Assembly (NCBI GenBank): GCA_964016885.1
Contig: OZ024752.1
Span: 28,954,001-29,018,000, forward strand
Length of the DNA stretch: 64,000 bases
From: Eledone cirrhosa
Taxonomy: Eukaryota
Direction: 5' to 3'
Position numbers and translations under genes: made by a program. Shown in pieces: positions 24,953 to 37,800 of this stretch; position 1 is the stretch's first letter; the number at the start of each line of letters is the position of its first letter. Below the pieces are notes generated by a model that was not told where the DNA came from, did not search any database, and was given only the letters and a program-made list of their open reading frames with translations.

Positions 24953-27277
24953 TAAATAATAATGAAATTATTGTGTACAGTGCTCAGGTGCACTACAACT
25001 CATCAAAAGTGTATGTATAGCACATAAGGTAATGTACAACTGTGAGGAAAATGAACAGTGCATGAGTCATGATATACACGTGTGCATGTGTATGGAAGGG
25101 GAACATCAGGTGTAGTTTTGGCGAATTTCGAGAAGCATGAGGGTTTTAAAGGATGCAGTGTCTCGGCAGCTAACAACTGACACAGGCAGTTTGTTCCATG
25201 CTTCAGCAACTCTATGTTTCCAAAAGTCATGGGAGCCGTGCTGCTTTCTGACTTTGTAGGCAAGTCCACGTGTGTTAGACACATGGAGATCAAAAAGGTG
25301 CTTAGGGTTGTTGTTGGCGAGATGGTTAATAACTTTGTGGGTGTTTACCAAGTCCATTGCCTGACGGAGTTTCAATGAATCCCTGCCCAGGGAAGCAAGG
25401 CGTTCAGAGTATGGTAGGTGACTGATGGAGGGTATGCGCTTGGTTGCACGTCTGAACAGTTTCCAGGAGGTCAATGTTCTGAGCAAGATAGGGGTTCCAG
25501 ACTGATGATGCGAATTCCAAGTGTGATCGTACCATAGTTGTATACAGCTTTAAATAGATGGCTGGAGAGCGGCTAACAAAGGTCTTGCTGAGTGATGCCA
25601 AGACACCCTCGGCCTTCTTGACAATCTTAGAGACGTGCTTTGTCCAACACAAATCACTGCTGACAGTAATGCCCAGGTCACGTTCACAAGAGGACTTCTT
25701 GATATCAGTGTTGTGGAGGGAGTATGTGGACGCTGGATTTTTCCTCCCAAAATGCATGGTGGTACACTTGTCCACAGCCAGCTTCAGTTGCCAGTCTGTG
25801 ATCCATTGCTGCATTGTGTCCAGGTCTGATTGTAGGAAAGAGTTGTAGATTTCAGGATCAGTCCTTGATGTCATCTGCATATTTCAGTACCGTGGCATTC
25901 TTTAAGTTGGCATCTATGTCATTAATATATGCCACAAACAAAAGGGGACCAAGAACAGATCCCTGTGGTACACCAGATGACATCTGATATGGTGAAGAAT
26001 GTTGTCCTAGAACCGTGACTACCTCTTTTCGGCTGAGAATGAAGGATTTCAACCAGTTAAAAAGATCATCCCTCACAACCATTGCAGAGAGAGTTTCGCC
26101 ATAAGTCTTTTGTGTGGCACAGAATTAAAAGCCTTAGTGAAGTCAAGGTAAACAACATCCACCCATGAACCACTGTCAGTGATCCGGGTAATGTCTTCAA
26201 GGAACTCAATAAGCTGATCACAGCAGCTGGAGTTAGGGATAAATCCAAATTGCGAGGGCCAGAGGCTGTGAGAGCTCCAGAAGTTCCAAAGTGTTTCTGG
26301 CACAGGATTCCATCAGTTTGGCAATACAGCTAGTAAGACTGACTGGACGATAGTTGACAGGTGACGTGTGGTTGCCCTTTTTCCACTGCTCCGGAGTAGC
26401 ACCATTGTTGAGACAGTATTGAAAGAAGAAAGAAATCTGGTACAAAAGGAAATACCCGCCACATTTGAGAAGCAGGTATGTAACACCATCAAGACCAGGG
26501 GAGGCATAGTTGCGCTTATTCTTAAGGTGACGTCGCAACATTGCAGGTGTAAATTCCATAGTTGTTATGCAATTTGATGGTGGAGATGGTACATTCTGGT
26601 TTTCAACAGTAAAAATGCTTGCATAGCACTCAGCAATGAGTTCTGCGCATTCTTTGGGATCGTCAGTGATCTGGCTTGTGTGGGGATTGCGAAGAGGACC
26701 AACTTGAGAGTGAGGTCTCTGCTTTGAATGTACATATTTCCAGAACACCTTACTGTCAGGATTGGTTGCTATGCACTGTTCAAATTCAAGCACTGCCTTT
26801 TTTGTCACTTGCTTGAGATGGTTGGAAGATTTATTCCGCTTTTTTCTGTTAGCATCTGATTTATGCAGTTTATATTCCCGTTCAGCGTTCCGACATTCTT
26901 TCCTGGCAAGTCGGACCGCTGAAGTTTCCCAAATTGCACTTTTGGGGTGGGTTTTTTTCTGCTTACGTGGCACTGATGCTGCACATGCTATCCATATTGA
27001 GTCCAGGATGCTCTGGAGTATAGTATTCACATCTCCAGAGTTATAGAACTCATGCCAGTTTGGGCGCTGTAGCTCAGTGCAGTACAGGTTCCAATTTGCT
27101 TTCTTCCAATGAAAGCAAGCAGATTGGAGATGGCTCTGATTTTTGTTGCTGCCCGCAAGAGCCAGATTGGCAATGATCATAGCATGAACAGAGTCGCCTA
27201 GAGGTTCCTCAGTAGTACAACTGATAACCACTTCAGGAGTAGTGGTGAAGATCAGGTCCAAAGTATTGTCACCTCTT
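24953..27277 (-). mobile_element. CR1-clade LINE, 5'-truncated and frameshifted
   Basis: YRPVSLTSCIAKLME, DVVYLDFTKAF, GVPQGSVLGPLLF, YADD, ERDLGI, RSHLEFASSVWNPY; (ATT)n-like tail. Confidence 0.9.
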
Positions 27278-27899
27278 TAAAACCCACGAAATTTAGCACA
27301 TAAATTATGTAATATTCATTCATTATTTATTTAAAGTATTTAAAGGTCGGTGGATTGGCAGTATCGGTAGAGGGTCGGACGCCATGCTTTGCAGCACAGT
27401 TACGTCCCTTTACGGACTGAGTTCAAAACCCGCCGAGATTAACTTTGCCTTTCATCCTTAAGGGGTCGATAAAATAAAGTACCAGTAATACACTGGGATA
27501 ATTGCTGGCCTTGTGCCAAAAGTAGAAACAATTATTTATTTAAAGTAATCCAACTTATTTTACAAACAGGGTAAAAAAAAATATATTCTGGACGCAATCC
27601 TGCACACCTTCCCTTATTATAGGGAGCGATCGGGGCCACTCGTATTGCGGTGCGGCTTGTATCACACACAGACACACTATAGTTAAGATTTAAAAAATAT
27701 TTAAAAATTATTAAATAAAATAGTCCTTTCCTCTACTTTCCAATACAGCCAGCTCTGCCCTTCTTTACCCCTTCCCCTTTTTTCTCATTACTTAATTTTG
27801 TTTTTATCTTTTGTACAGTGGGTTTTCTTAAAGGGGTAAGTTTTACTGATCAGGGATTTTGTGGTAGTTTCTGGCTTTTCTACCACTTAAATTGCCTTT

Positions 27900-29680
27900 T
27901 AATAAAATAGTCTGTATACCACAATAGATAGACAACCAAACAGAGGTACAGTTCACCATAGCTAGCAATAAACTTAAACAGGTAGAAGAACAATAAACTA
28001 GGAAACAGAACAGACCGGAGTTTCCAACAACTTGGAAGAAAACCTGCAGGGAGCCTACTTAGTGCACAAGGAATGGTGAGGTAGTGGGTACAGACAAATC
28101 TGGTAGAATGTCAATAGACAGTATGCCAAACTACATCAAGGCTAAGCAACCCTACCTCATCAACACCACAGAAACATGAGGAAAGAGAAAGGATCCTCAA
28201 TGCTCACATGATGCTGTGGACTGACATCCTAAAACCAAGTAGATGCACAGCCAATAACTTCCAAGCCTCTAACAATGATATACCATCCCTGTATGGACTC
28301 CGCAAAGATCATAAAGCAGCTAGCGACCCTATGACAGGATCACCAACAAGACCTGTATGTGGAGCCAATATAGCTAGCAACTACAGGATTTCCTACTTCC
28401 TTTCTATGATTGTGCACCCCATAATTAAGATGTGCCCAGATGTGTGTGACAGCACAGAGGACCTCCTCAGCAGAATCAATGACTGCAACTACACCAAAGA
28501 CCTGACAAAATGTGTAATAGGCAGCATGGATATAATGTCCCTGTACCCATCCATTGACATTGATTTAGCTGTGGAAAAATGTCTGGAAATAATCAGTGAG
28601 AGTGAGGTAGAGTTCTGTGACATTGACACGGATGAACTGGGCCTCCTACTTAGACTTACATGTGACAGAGAATATCTTGACAACAACTTAGCAGCTTCTG
28701 CCCAGTTGACCAATAAGTGGTAGACCCACCAACCATAACTTTGATTGCAAAAAAAACACCGATAGGAAGATGGAATGGATGGACCAAAGCCATACAGATA
28801 CCAGAGAACAACGATCAGGTGAGAAAGATGATCGCACATGTGAAACTACCCTAAAGGGCCACATGTTCAAATTTAATAAGAAACATGCACCCAAGACAAA
28901 GGAGCAACCATTGGCATCTGCATAGCTGGTGATATTGCCAACCTATATATGGTTTAGTAGGAAATGAGACTCAGAGAATGCCTAGCAGAGAACTCCATAG
29001 CCCTCATCATGTACTCTCGTAGATAACATTAATAAAGTAATAAAAACACCCCCACAAGAGAGTACCAGTAAACCTGAATTAGAAACTAACACCATGGAGA
29101 GCATCCGGCAGACAACCAGTATTAGACACTGAACTCTGGTTACTTAATATAAACGAGAAAACCCAAATCCTCCATTCACATTATGTCTCCAAATACCTAA
29201 TACACGAAAACTCAGTGATGTCTAATAGTACTAAGTTTAATATCCTGATCGCAGACTTAGTAAGAGTGATGTAGAATGTGTCCCACATGTGCGATCCAAC
29301 TGAAATGGAGAAACAGTACAACACTTCAAGACCCTCATAGGACATGAAAGGGATTTGCCCACTGTACAGGAGCAAATCATGGAATAGCATAGATAGGACT
29401 AGACAAAAGATAGGGAAAGCCAACTATTGGTGTGACAACCAGAGATACCAGAGTGTTATTTTTGTGGATGCAACCCCTGGAGGTGAATTAGCTAACCAAT
29501 TTAGAAAGGCCCTAAGAAAGACCTATTTAAATATTAAAGTGGTAGAAAAGCCAGGAACTACCATAAAATCCCTGATCAGTAAAACGTACCCCTTTAAGAA
29601 AACCCACTGTACTAATAAGAAATGTGTTATATGTAGAATAAGTCCACAAATAAGTTGTAAAACTAGAAATGTAGTTTTTA
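27900..29680 (+). mobile_element. Decayed Penelope-like element (RT, thumb and Cys-rich linker; truncated before the GIY-YIG domain)
   Basis: PSLYGLRKDHK, PTRPVCGA, SMDIMSLYPSID, FVDATPGGEL, IKVVEKPG and CTNKKCVIC..SCKTRNVV motifs, with multiple stops and frameshifts. Confidence 0.8.
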
Positions 29681-31054
29681 TCTTTCTTTTTCATATTTAT
29701 GTAATTATCAATGGGGTTTTTAAGCCAACTGTGTGTATTTGTAATAAATAGGGAAGCATTTTCGATGTCTTCATGTTAAATAAAAATGACTGCATAAAGT
29801 GCTCCTTTTACAGGCTGTCTTAAAAAGAATGATTTTTTTTTTCAATTTGAAGCTACTGCACAACAGTATTTTGATGTGTGGCAATATTTCAAACTTGCTG
29901 AACGGCAACATTTTGATGTATGTAGTGCCAATGCAGTGAGTGTGCAGCTGCACAGCTTAGAGGAATCATTACTTTGTGGGTTGGTTTAAATGGTTTTATT
30001 TAGACAATGTGAAATAAAGAGTATACTGTGTGAGGAGTAATCCTCTAGAACTCAATTGACTCATATATAGGAGGTGAAATATACTTGATTTCTTTCATTC
30101 TAAAATTAGCTGGTGTGTTTAGTGACTAAATGCGAAGTAGGATTATCTCTGAACCGTGTCACAGAAAAACATATGCCCTTGTAAAAAGAGCTAAACAGTC
30201 AAAAGATGAGTATTTTCCTTAAAATTCATAAAGACAATTCAAAATTTTAACCAAGTTGTTTCTTTCTTTCGTTACCTAATAATCCTTGCTCTTTCCCTCC
30301 TTTCCAATGCTACTTTCTTTTTCTATATATTTGACTAAATATTAAATTCTTTATTATTTTTATGTAATTTTATCCTAGGAATCTATTTGAGTATTTTAAA
30401 ATAAAATGTAAGAATAACATTTTTTTAAATGGTAATACAATTTTTATCTCCCTTTGACCAGTTTTTAGGTATTATTATAAAGTTATCTCCCTTGCATTAA
30501 ACCATTAATATCATTAATTCTATATAGCAATAGTAGCGACATCAACAACTAGCAATATTTAAATTACACCTTTAAATTACAATATGCATTTAAGTTTTTA
30601 ACATCGTTTCACGTATATTTAGAAATAAAACAAGTAAAAATGACTTAAATTATGTTGATGTTTAATGTTTAAAATTCATAGGATTGTAAATGTGCTGCTG
30701 CTGATGCACACCCTTAACTGTTTATTCGATTTTATCGACTCCCAGTATTTATCGATCTCGATTTGTTGAACTGCTACCGGACAAACAGGCAGACAGATAC
30801 ATGCGCGTGCGCATACATACACATGAACATATATACAAACACACGGGCACACACACGTGATGGGCTTCTGCACAGTTTCTGTCTAGTAGATGCCACACAG
30901 TGGAATCGAACGACGCCGAAATCACGAAGCTGCGAAGTGAGCTTCTTGGTTTACGAGATAAATTTTATTATATCACATATTTATGTAAAAACAATAAGTG
31001 GAAAAAAAAGAACTCAATTGTTGGCAACTCTCTTATCGATGTATTTTTTTATCA

Positions 31055-31655
31055 GGTGATACCTCCGAGGGTACTTGGTTATTCCTGTGTTTTAGCCTCG
31101 CTATCACCCACGGCAATGCTGCGAATGTGCTGTTTGTTGATTTGCCTAAACGATTATTAGAGGGAGGCTCCAGCGAACCTTGTCGTGGTGTGTGTGATTG
31201 AGTATGTGTGGCTTCTATCCCCCTCCTTCTTTTTTCTTCTTTAAAATTTTTTTTCTCTTTAAATAAAAATGTTATTCATAGTTGCACAAACAACATTACA
31301 AATCGTTTGCAATTCCTTCAGAATGAAAATATGCAGAGCATATAAATAAATTTATAGTAGAATAACATAACAAATATGTTTTAAATATATACATAAATAA
31401 CATTACAAATGCCTCGGTAGCACTACAAAGGACGATACAATGAAAGATATATTCCTTCAATGCTACAATATTAAAGAAAATGTAAAGGGAGGGGTGAACA
31501 ACGTCGCGAGTACTGGGCAACCTCTCTAATGATTTTTTTAGGCAAGTCAGCGCACTCGCCGCGTTGCCTCGGGTGATGCGCTGAAACAGCCAAGCACCCT
31601 CGCGAGATTCGCCAGTCACCTCTATTAGACGAGTCGCCAGTTTCTCGCGACCTCG
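31055..31655. mobile_element. Two tail-to-tail 3' ends of CRE-like elements (+ at 31055-31270, - at 31300-31655)
   Basis: EGTWLF..SLAITHGNAA (+) and EGAWLFQRITRGNAASAL (-) resemble the QRxSxAxQRGNA terminus. A third piece lies at 40665-40745 (-). Confidence 0.6.
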
Positions 31656-32539
31656 TTTTTTTATTTTTATTTTGCTACATTTATATATGTGCGTTTGTGT
31701 GTGTGAAAAGATTCAGGACCCCGACGGCTGAGCTCCGGCCGATTCGACAGCTTGATCCATATATATATATATAATATTGAAACGAAGTCATCGTTAGAAC
31801 CGATGTATCTCCGACCGTTTTCTCACTCATTCAATGCTTTAATTAAACCAGCATCATTAAGATACCAACCAGAAAGGAAAGCAGGGTGCACATTTATACG
31901 TTAAATAGTCAGAAAAACGATTTTGTGTGGGTAGAGAATTTAATTTTGTGCGTGCGTGTGAGAGAGAGAGAGAGAGATTATAAACCTTTTAGATCATTTC
32001 AAAACGTGATACAAACACGTGTAAAACAGCGACGATAAAACAGTTTGTTTATTTTTTAAATAGATACAACTGAAAATTGCTGTTTTCGTAGCTGCGCCTA
32101 AGAATAACATTCGAGGACTTTATAGTTAAAATAATCACCAGTTTTTGTTTGATAAACAATTCCTTTATCACTATTATTGTGTTGTGTAACAACACAACAC
32201 AATAATAGTAGTGATAAAGGAATTATTATTGTGTTGTGTAACAACACAACACAATAATAGTGATAAAGGAATTGTTTATCAAACAAAAACTGGTGATTAT
32301 TTTAACTATAAAGTCCTCTTCTGTACAAGGCCAACAATTTGGGGGGGGGGGGGAAGTCGATTAAATTGACCGCAACACATTACTGGTACTTTGTTTTATC
32401 GACACTGTAAGGATGAAAGGCAAAGCTTGACCTCGGCGGGATTTGAATTCAGAACGTAAATGGATGTAACTCTATGCTACATAGCATGTTGTCCGACGTT
32501 CTACCGATACTGCCCTTGTTACGCTTATAATAAAATTAA

Positions 32540-32800
32540 AAGCACTGGAAGCCGTCTACTGCAACTAGCAGCAGAATGAGAGTATTCCCAGTTCTGTGAG
32601 TCGGGCCGTAGTAAGGCTGATGAGGAAAGACTAGAACAAGAGGGGTGTCATTGAAAATTTCCGTCCCATAACTCTGCTAAACATAGGGTTAAGATTTCGG
32701 CTAAGATGCTAGCAACGAGGTTAGCGCTTGTCATCGAGAGTCTTGTAGGGGAGGCGCAGACGTACGCAATCCCGACCAGATCCCTACACGACAACCTCCA
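32540..32800 (+). mobile_element. Tx1/L1-like RT fragment
   Basis: NFRPITLLN and LATRLALVIESLVGEAQTYAIPTRSLHDNL motifs. Confidence 0.65.
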
Positions 32801-33007
32801 GAGAGTAGAGTGGTTTAGGATTGGTGGGGTTCCTGAGTTACCTCTGAGTGGTACTCCCCCACTCTACGCTATTCGAAGAAATTGATTTGCTATATTTTTC
32901 TTATTGCCCCTTTTTTACTCGATTTTTAAGTAAAGCCCCACTGTCCATGTTTTTTGTATTGTCTTCTATATGTCGGCCCTTGTGGCCAATAAAGAAATTA
33001 TTATGGT

Positions 33008-34020
33008 GGTGGATTGGCAGTATCGGTAGAGTGTCGAACACTATGCTTTGTGCCATATTACGGCCCATTACGTTCTGAGTTCAAATCTCGCCGAGGATAA
33101 CTTTGCCTTCCATCCTTACAGGGTCGATAAAATAAAGTACCAATCACGCACTGGGGTCGATTTAATCGACTTTCCCCTTCCCCAAAATTGATGGCATTGT
33201 GTCTATATAAGAAACCGTTATTGCGGTGGATTGGCAGTATCGGTAGAGAGTCGGACGCCATGCTTTGCAGCATAGAGTTACGGTCCTTTACGGCCTGAGT
33301 TCAAATCCCGCCAAGGTTAACTTTGCCTTTCATCCTTACTGGGTCGATAAATAAAGCACCAGTAACGTACTGGGTCGATTTAATCGACTTTCCACTCTCC
33401 CCAAATTGCTGGCCTTGTGCCTATACTAGAAATCATTATTATTTGGCAGTATCAGTAGAGGGTTGGACGCCATGCTTTCTAGCATAGTTACGTCCCTTTT
33501 CGGTTTGAGTTCAAATCCCGTCGAGGTTAACTTTATCTTTCATCCTTACGGGGTCGATAAAATAAAGTACCAGTAATGTACTGGATAATTGCTGGCCTTG
33601 TGCCTAAAGTAGAAACAATTATTATTACAAATACTGTATGGCACCTAGAGCAAGTCTCTTCTACAATAGCCTCATGGTCTCGGATTGAACAGTACGTGAT
33701 CATTGGTAGGCGGAAACTGTATGAAAGACCATCGTGTATATACGTGTGTGTGTATGCGTATGTAACACTGTATAAATATATATATATATATATAATGTGT
33801 GTGTGTGTGTCTATGTGTATCTATGTATGTATGTGTATGTATAATTGTTTCTACTTTTGGCACAAAGCCAGCAATTACCCCAATGCATTACTGGTACTTT
33901 ATTTTATCGACCCCGTAAGGATGAAAGGCAAAGTTAACCTCGGTGGGATTTGAACTCAGAACGTAAAGGGCCGTAACTCTATGCTGCAAAGCATAGTGTC
34001 TGACGCTCTACCGATACTGC
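33008..34020. mobile_element. SINE cluster: three tandem plus copies and one inverted copy (33840-34020)
   Basis: Same head and core. Further copies at about 3540, 11293, 11732, 22915, 27349, 32320 and 40406. Confidence 0.88.
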
Positions 34021-34389
34021 TATGTATAATGCTAACCACGTTGGTGTAGATAGTAATTAGTATTATATCTGTATAGAATAATATCTGTATTAAATTCTAT
34101 AAAAGTTAAAATGTTTACGCCCTATAGAAATATAAGTGTTCAAATGAAATGACTAAATAAGATTTCTCTGGAGATTAAAGAGACGATTAAACGTGAAAGG
34201 AAAGTTTTTAGAATTATAACTAAAAGTATATAACAGTCAGTAATGCTTTTCTCTACATATTGTTTATGTTATTCCACTTCATTCAAAATTGTTTAATTAT
34301 AAATTCTGTGGGCGTATGTGGGTCACACGAATACACACACACATTCTTGAGGTTTGCCAACATATTTACGTACGTCATCACACACGCTT

Positions 34390-34655
34390 TTCTATAAAAA
34401 ATATATATATCATACACAAAACGCCAGCATCAACAGATTTCCAAGAGATGGCAACATGAATGGACGTACTATTTTTCTCTAAAAACATTTTTTTCCAATT
34501 CCACCCCGCCCGTCCCTTCAATCTATCTAATTTCTCATTCTTTCTTCTAATGAATGACTAGCGTCCGAAACGTTAAGACCCTCTTCCTGCTATTTCTAGC
34601 GTTAACCTAATATATTCCTTCTATATACTGTACTGATTGTGTTGTTATTTCTTTT

Positions 34656-34660
<5 letters not shown>
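34390..34660 (+). mobile_element. Family A hammerhead-bearing short element, copy 2
   Basis: TCTT-CTAATGA-ATGACTAGCGTCC-GAAAC-GTT-AAGA at 34543-34578; ends in (TA)n. Confidence 0.65.
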
Positions 34661-34705
<45 letters not shown>

Positions 34706-34860
34706 CGAAGGAAGTGTGGTAGGGAACCAGGTGGACCATAACGCACCAGAGTACTCAATACTTGGGGTAGTAGAGTGGGTAATAGGAAAAACATTATTTC
34801 TGGAGTCCAGAAATAGGTCTCGAAACGGCTCGAGCTCTGCCGTCGGAGTCTTAAACCTTT

Positions 34861-34895
<35 letters not shown>

Positions 34896-35375
34896 AATAT
34901 GGACGAGGTGTCAAATTTTCATTTCATTTATTGAGGTGTGACGGACGTTTCACGATTGATCAGCTCAAGGTTCAATTTGTGTCGATCGAGCCTGACTCTG
35001 GAATCAAAAGCTCATAACCCGTCTGACCTCTGTTAACGTAATCAGAAGTTTGATGAGCTTTTAATTCCAGAGTCGGGCTCGATCAATACAGGTCGTACTT
35101 TGAGCTGATCAATCGCGAAACGCACGTCACACCTCAATAAATGTAATGAAAATTTGACACCTCGTCCATATTATTATTATCATTATTACACTCTGCTTAG
35201 TACAATACCAAAATACATACTGGAAGACTACGCATCGAGGGCTCACTTTTTAAAATGAATATCCGAAGAGGAATGGAAGGGAACCAGAATTAAGTAAAGT
35301 ACTCAATACTTTAGTAGAGAAGCTACTTATTATTTCATATAGACATGACGTCTACACCTCCAGAACTATTCCTTC

Positions 35376-35479
<104 letters not shown>

Positions 35480-35711
35480 ATATACACGGGTGTGTATGAT
35501 TGTGTATAGAAGATAATATTAATAAAAGGAATTTCAACTTTGTCTGATTTACTCGTTTTATTTACAATCGTTTAAAATTTATAATGGTATTAGAATGAAA
35601 TAGTATGGTAGAATATTAAATGTTAAGTGTTAATTGAACAAGTACTTTCATGCTTTCGCAATCTTCAGTTCATAATGTGTGGTGACAGTCAAGTTTGCAA
35701 TTTTCACATTA

Positions 35712-35750
35712 TGAACCTGAAGATTGCGAAAGCGTGAAAGTACTTGTTCA
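35712..35750 (+). ncRNA. Minimal type I hammerhead ribozyme with palindromic helix III
   Basis: TGAAC-CTGAAGA-TTGC GAAA GCGT-GAA-AGTACT-T-GTTCA. An inverted copy lies at about 35635-35672 on the minus strand. Confidence 0.7.
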
Positions 35751-35944
35751 ATTAACACTTAACATAACATTTAATATTCTACCATACTATTTCATTCTAA
35801 TACCATTATAAATTTTAAAGGATTGTAAATAAAACGAGTAAATCAGACAAAGTTGGAATTCCTTTTATTAATATTTATATATATATATATATATATATAT
35901 TAATTCAAAATATTAACAAAATAGATATTCTTGTGATCAATTAT

Positions 35945-36009
35945 ATTTTATTATACATATTTCAGAGGTACTGAGTTAAGTTCAACAGTACGTCCTCATC
36001 AGATAAAAT
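35945..36009 (-). ncRNA. Type I hammerhead ribozyme motif
   Basis: ATTTTAT-CTGATGA-GGACGTACTG...CAGTACCTCT-GAA-ATATGTAT-A-ATAAAAT; 7-bp stem I. Confidence 0.65.
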
Positions 36010-36178
36010 AAGATGATGCATGACATACCCTGACATAGTAGATGGTTAAGATTCAGTCATGGTAGTACCATGACTGAATCTTAACCATCTACTATGTCAG
36101 GGTATATCCAGGAAGCTTCAACTGTTAAGGTTGTCTTTTTTCCGGGTATGTCAATATTTATTTACAAAACAAATCTGT

Positions 36179-36240
36179 ATTTTATCTGATGAAAGCGCAC
36201 CATAATTTTCCTTGGTTGCCCTTGAAATATATAATAAAAT
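36179..36240 (+). ncRNA. Type I hammerhead ribozyme motif
   Basis: ATTTTAT-CTGATGA-AAGCGCACCA...TGGTTGCCCTT-GAA-ATATAT-A-ATAAAAT; palindromic helix III, 7-bp stem I. Confidence 0.68.
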
Positions 36241-36299
36241 AAATATGGTTTTATAAATATAGTTTCCATTTATTAATATATTATATATATATGTGTGTG

Positions 36300-36575
36300 T
36301 GTAAAATGTAAACAAAAATAACAACACAATCGGTACAGTATATGGAAGGGATATATTAGGTTAACGCTTGAATTAGCAGGAAGAGGGTCTTAACGTTTTG
36401 GACGCTAGTCCTTCATCGAAAGAAAGAATGAGAAATAAGATAGATTGAAGGAACAGGTCAGTTGGAAATTGGAAAAAATGTCTTTAGATAAAAATAACAG
36501 GTCCATTCATGTTGCCATCTCTTGGAAAACTTGATACTGGCGTTTTGTGTATGATTTCTTTTTTTTAGAAAAGTT
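36300..36575 (-). mobile_element. Family A hammerhead-bearing short element, copy 3
   Basis: Reverse complement of the 34390-34660 element; degenerate core TCGATGAAGGACTAGCGTCCAAAACGTTAAGA at about 36388-36420. Confidence 0.65.
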
Positions 36576-36997
36576 GATGATGGAGCACGTCTACCTATTT
36601 ATATATTCTTTTTCTATTCTCCCTTCTTACCTTTTCTTCGTTTTGGTGTCATTCTTCTTTGCCTGCACGTTGGACTACAGTCCATAATATTCTCTTCTAT
36701 TTTACTATTTCTCTGCTTTCTATATTTTTTCTCCTTTGGCTATGGCCTCGCGCACCGTTCTCTCTCTTCTTTGTCAGTTGATGGACTTGGAATACTTTTT
36801 TGTCTTTATTTGTGTAATTTGACGAAAGTCATAACTTGTGCTCTTTGTTTCTGCCTGTATTTTTACGTCCCAGTTTGCACAGGGATGAATAATATTAACC
36901 TAAATAATCCGAAACTGTGGTGATTTTCAGAGGTTGACTGAAGAGCTGGGACTGTTCTTTTTTCCATTGTTTTTTTTTTATCCTGTGCATCCCCTCT

Positions 36998-37109
<112 letters not shown>

Positions 37110-37299
37110 TGTATGTATGTATGTATGTATGTGTTGCACGTATGCATACATACATGTGTATCGGCGCATACATAATCATACATTCAAAGGCCACTTTCAA
37201 TATGGCTATTTTGCAAGACGCCAAACGTAAAACAATAATCAGGGTTACATTCAGTTTGTTTTTGTTTGTAACTTTTTAAAATATTTTTATTGTATCGAT

Positions 37300-37800
37300 T
37301 GCCGAGGGGACGGCAGGACAATCTTCCCGTTCCGTGGAGGTGGCCCTTCATCTAAGGTGCCACATATAACACCTTCTCTAGCGGTAACCTGCTGCGTTCT
37401 GATACCAGCCCAGACATCGCTGCCCGCCAGGCCGGAGAGGGCAAACTGTCCAAGTATCGGCAGCTCTCTGATAGGTTTGTGGTGGAGATTTTCAACGTTC
37501 TTGGCCCCCGGACCATATCTCTCCTCACTACTATCTGAGCGGAGTTGCTTACCCGCAAATGCGAGCCCTGCGAGGTGGTGTGGCTGTCCAGCGCATCTCC
37601 CTCACTCGGGACCGTATATGAACATTTGGGAGGTCGGGGTAGTTCAGGTTTATGTCAGTTCAGGTTTGAGGGGCCCGGAGCAGTTCAGGTTTGAGAGGCC
37701 CGGGGCAGTTCCTGGGGAGGGGGCTGTTTGACAGGGCATTCACCCCCACCCACCCCTGATAAGTCCGGCCATGCCTTTACTTTCCTATGGGGCAATGCCT
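37300..37800 (-). mobile_element. GC-rich retroelement-like fragment, family uncertain
   Basis: GC-rich island with short broken frames; no diagnostic motif recognised. Confidence 0.3.
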
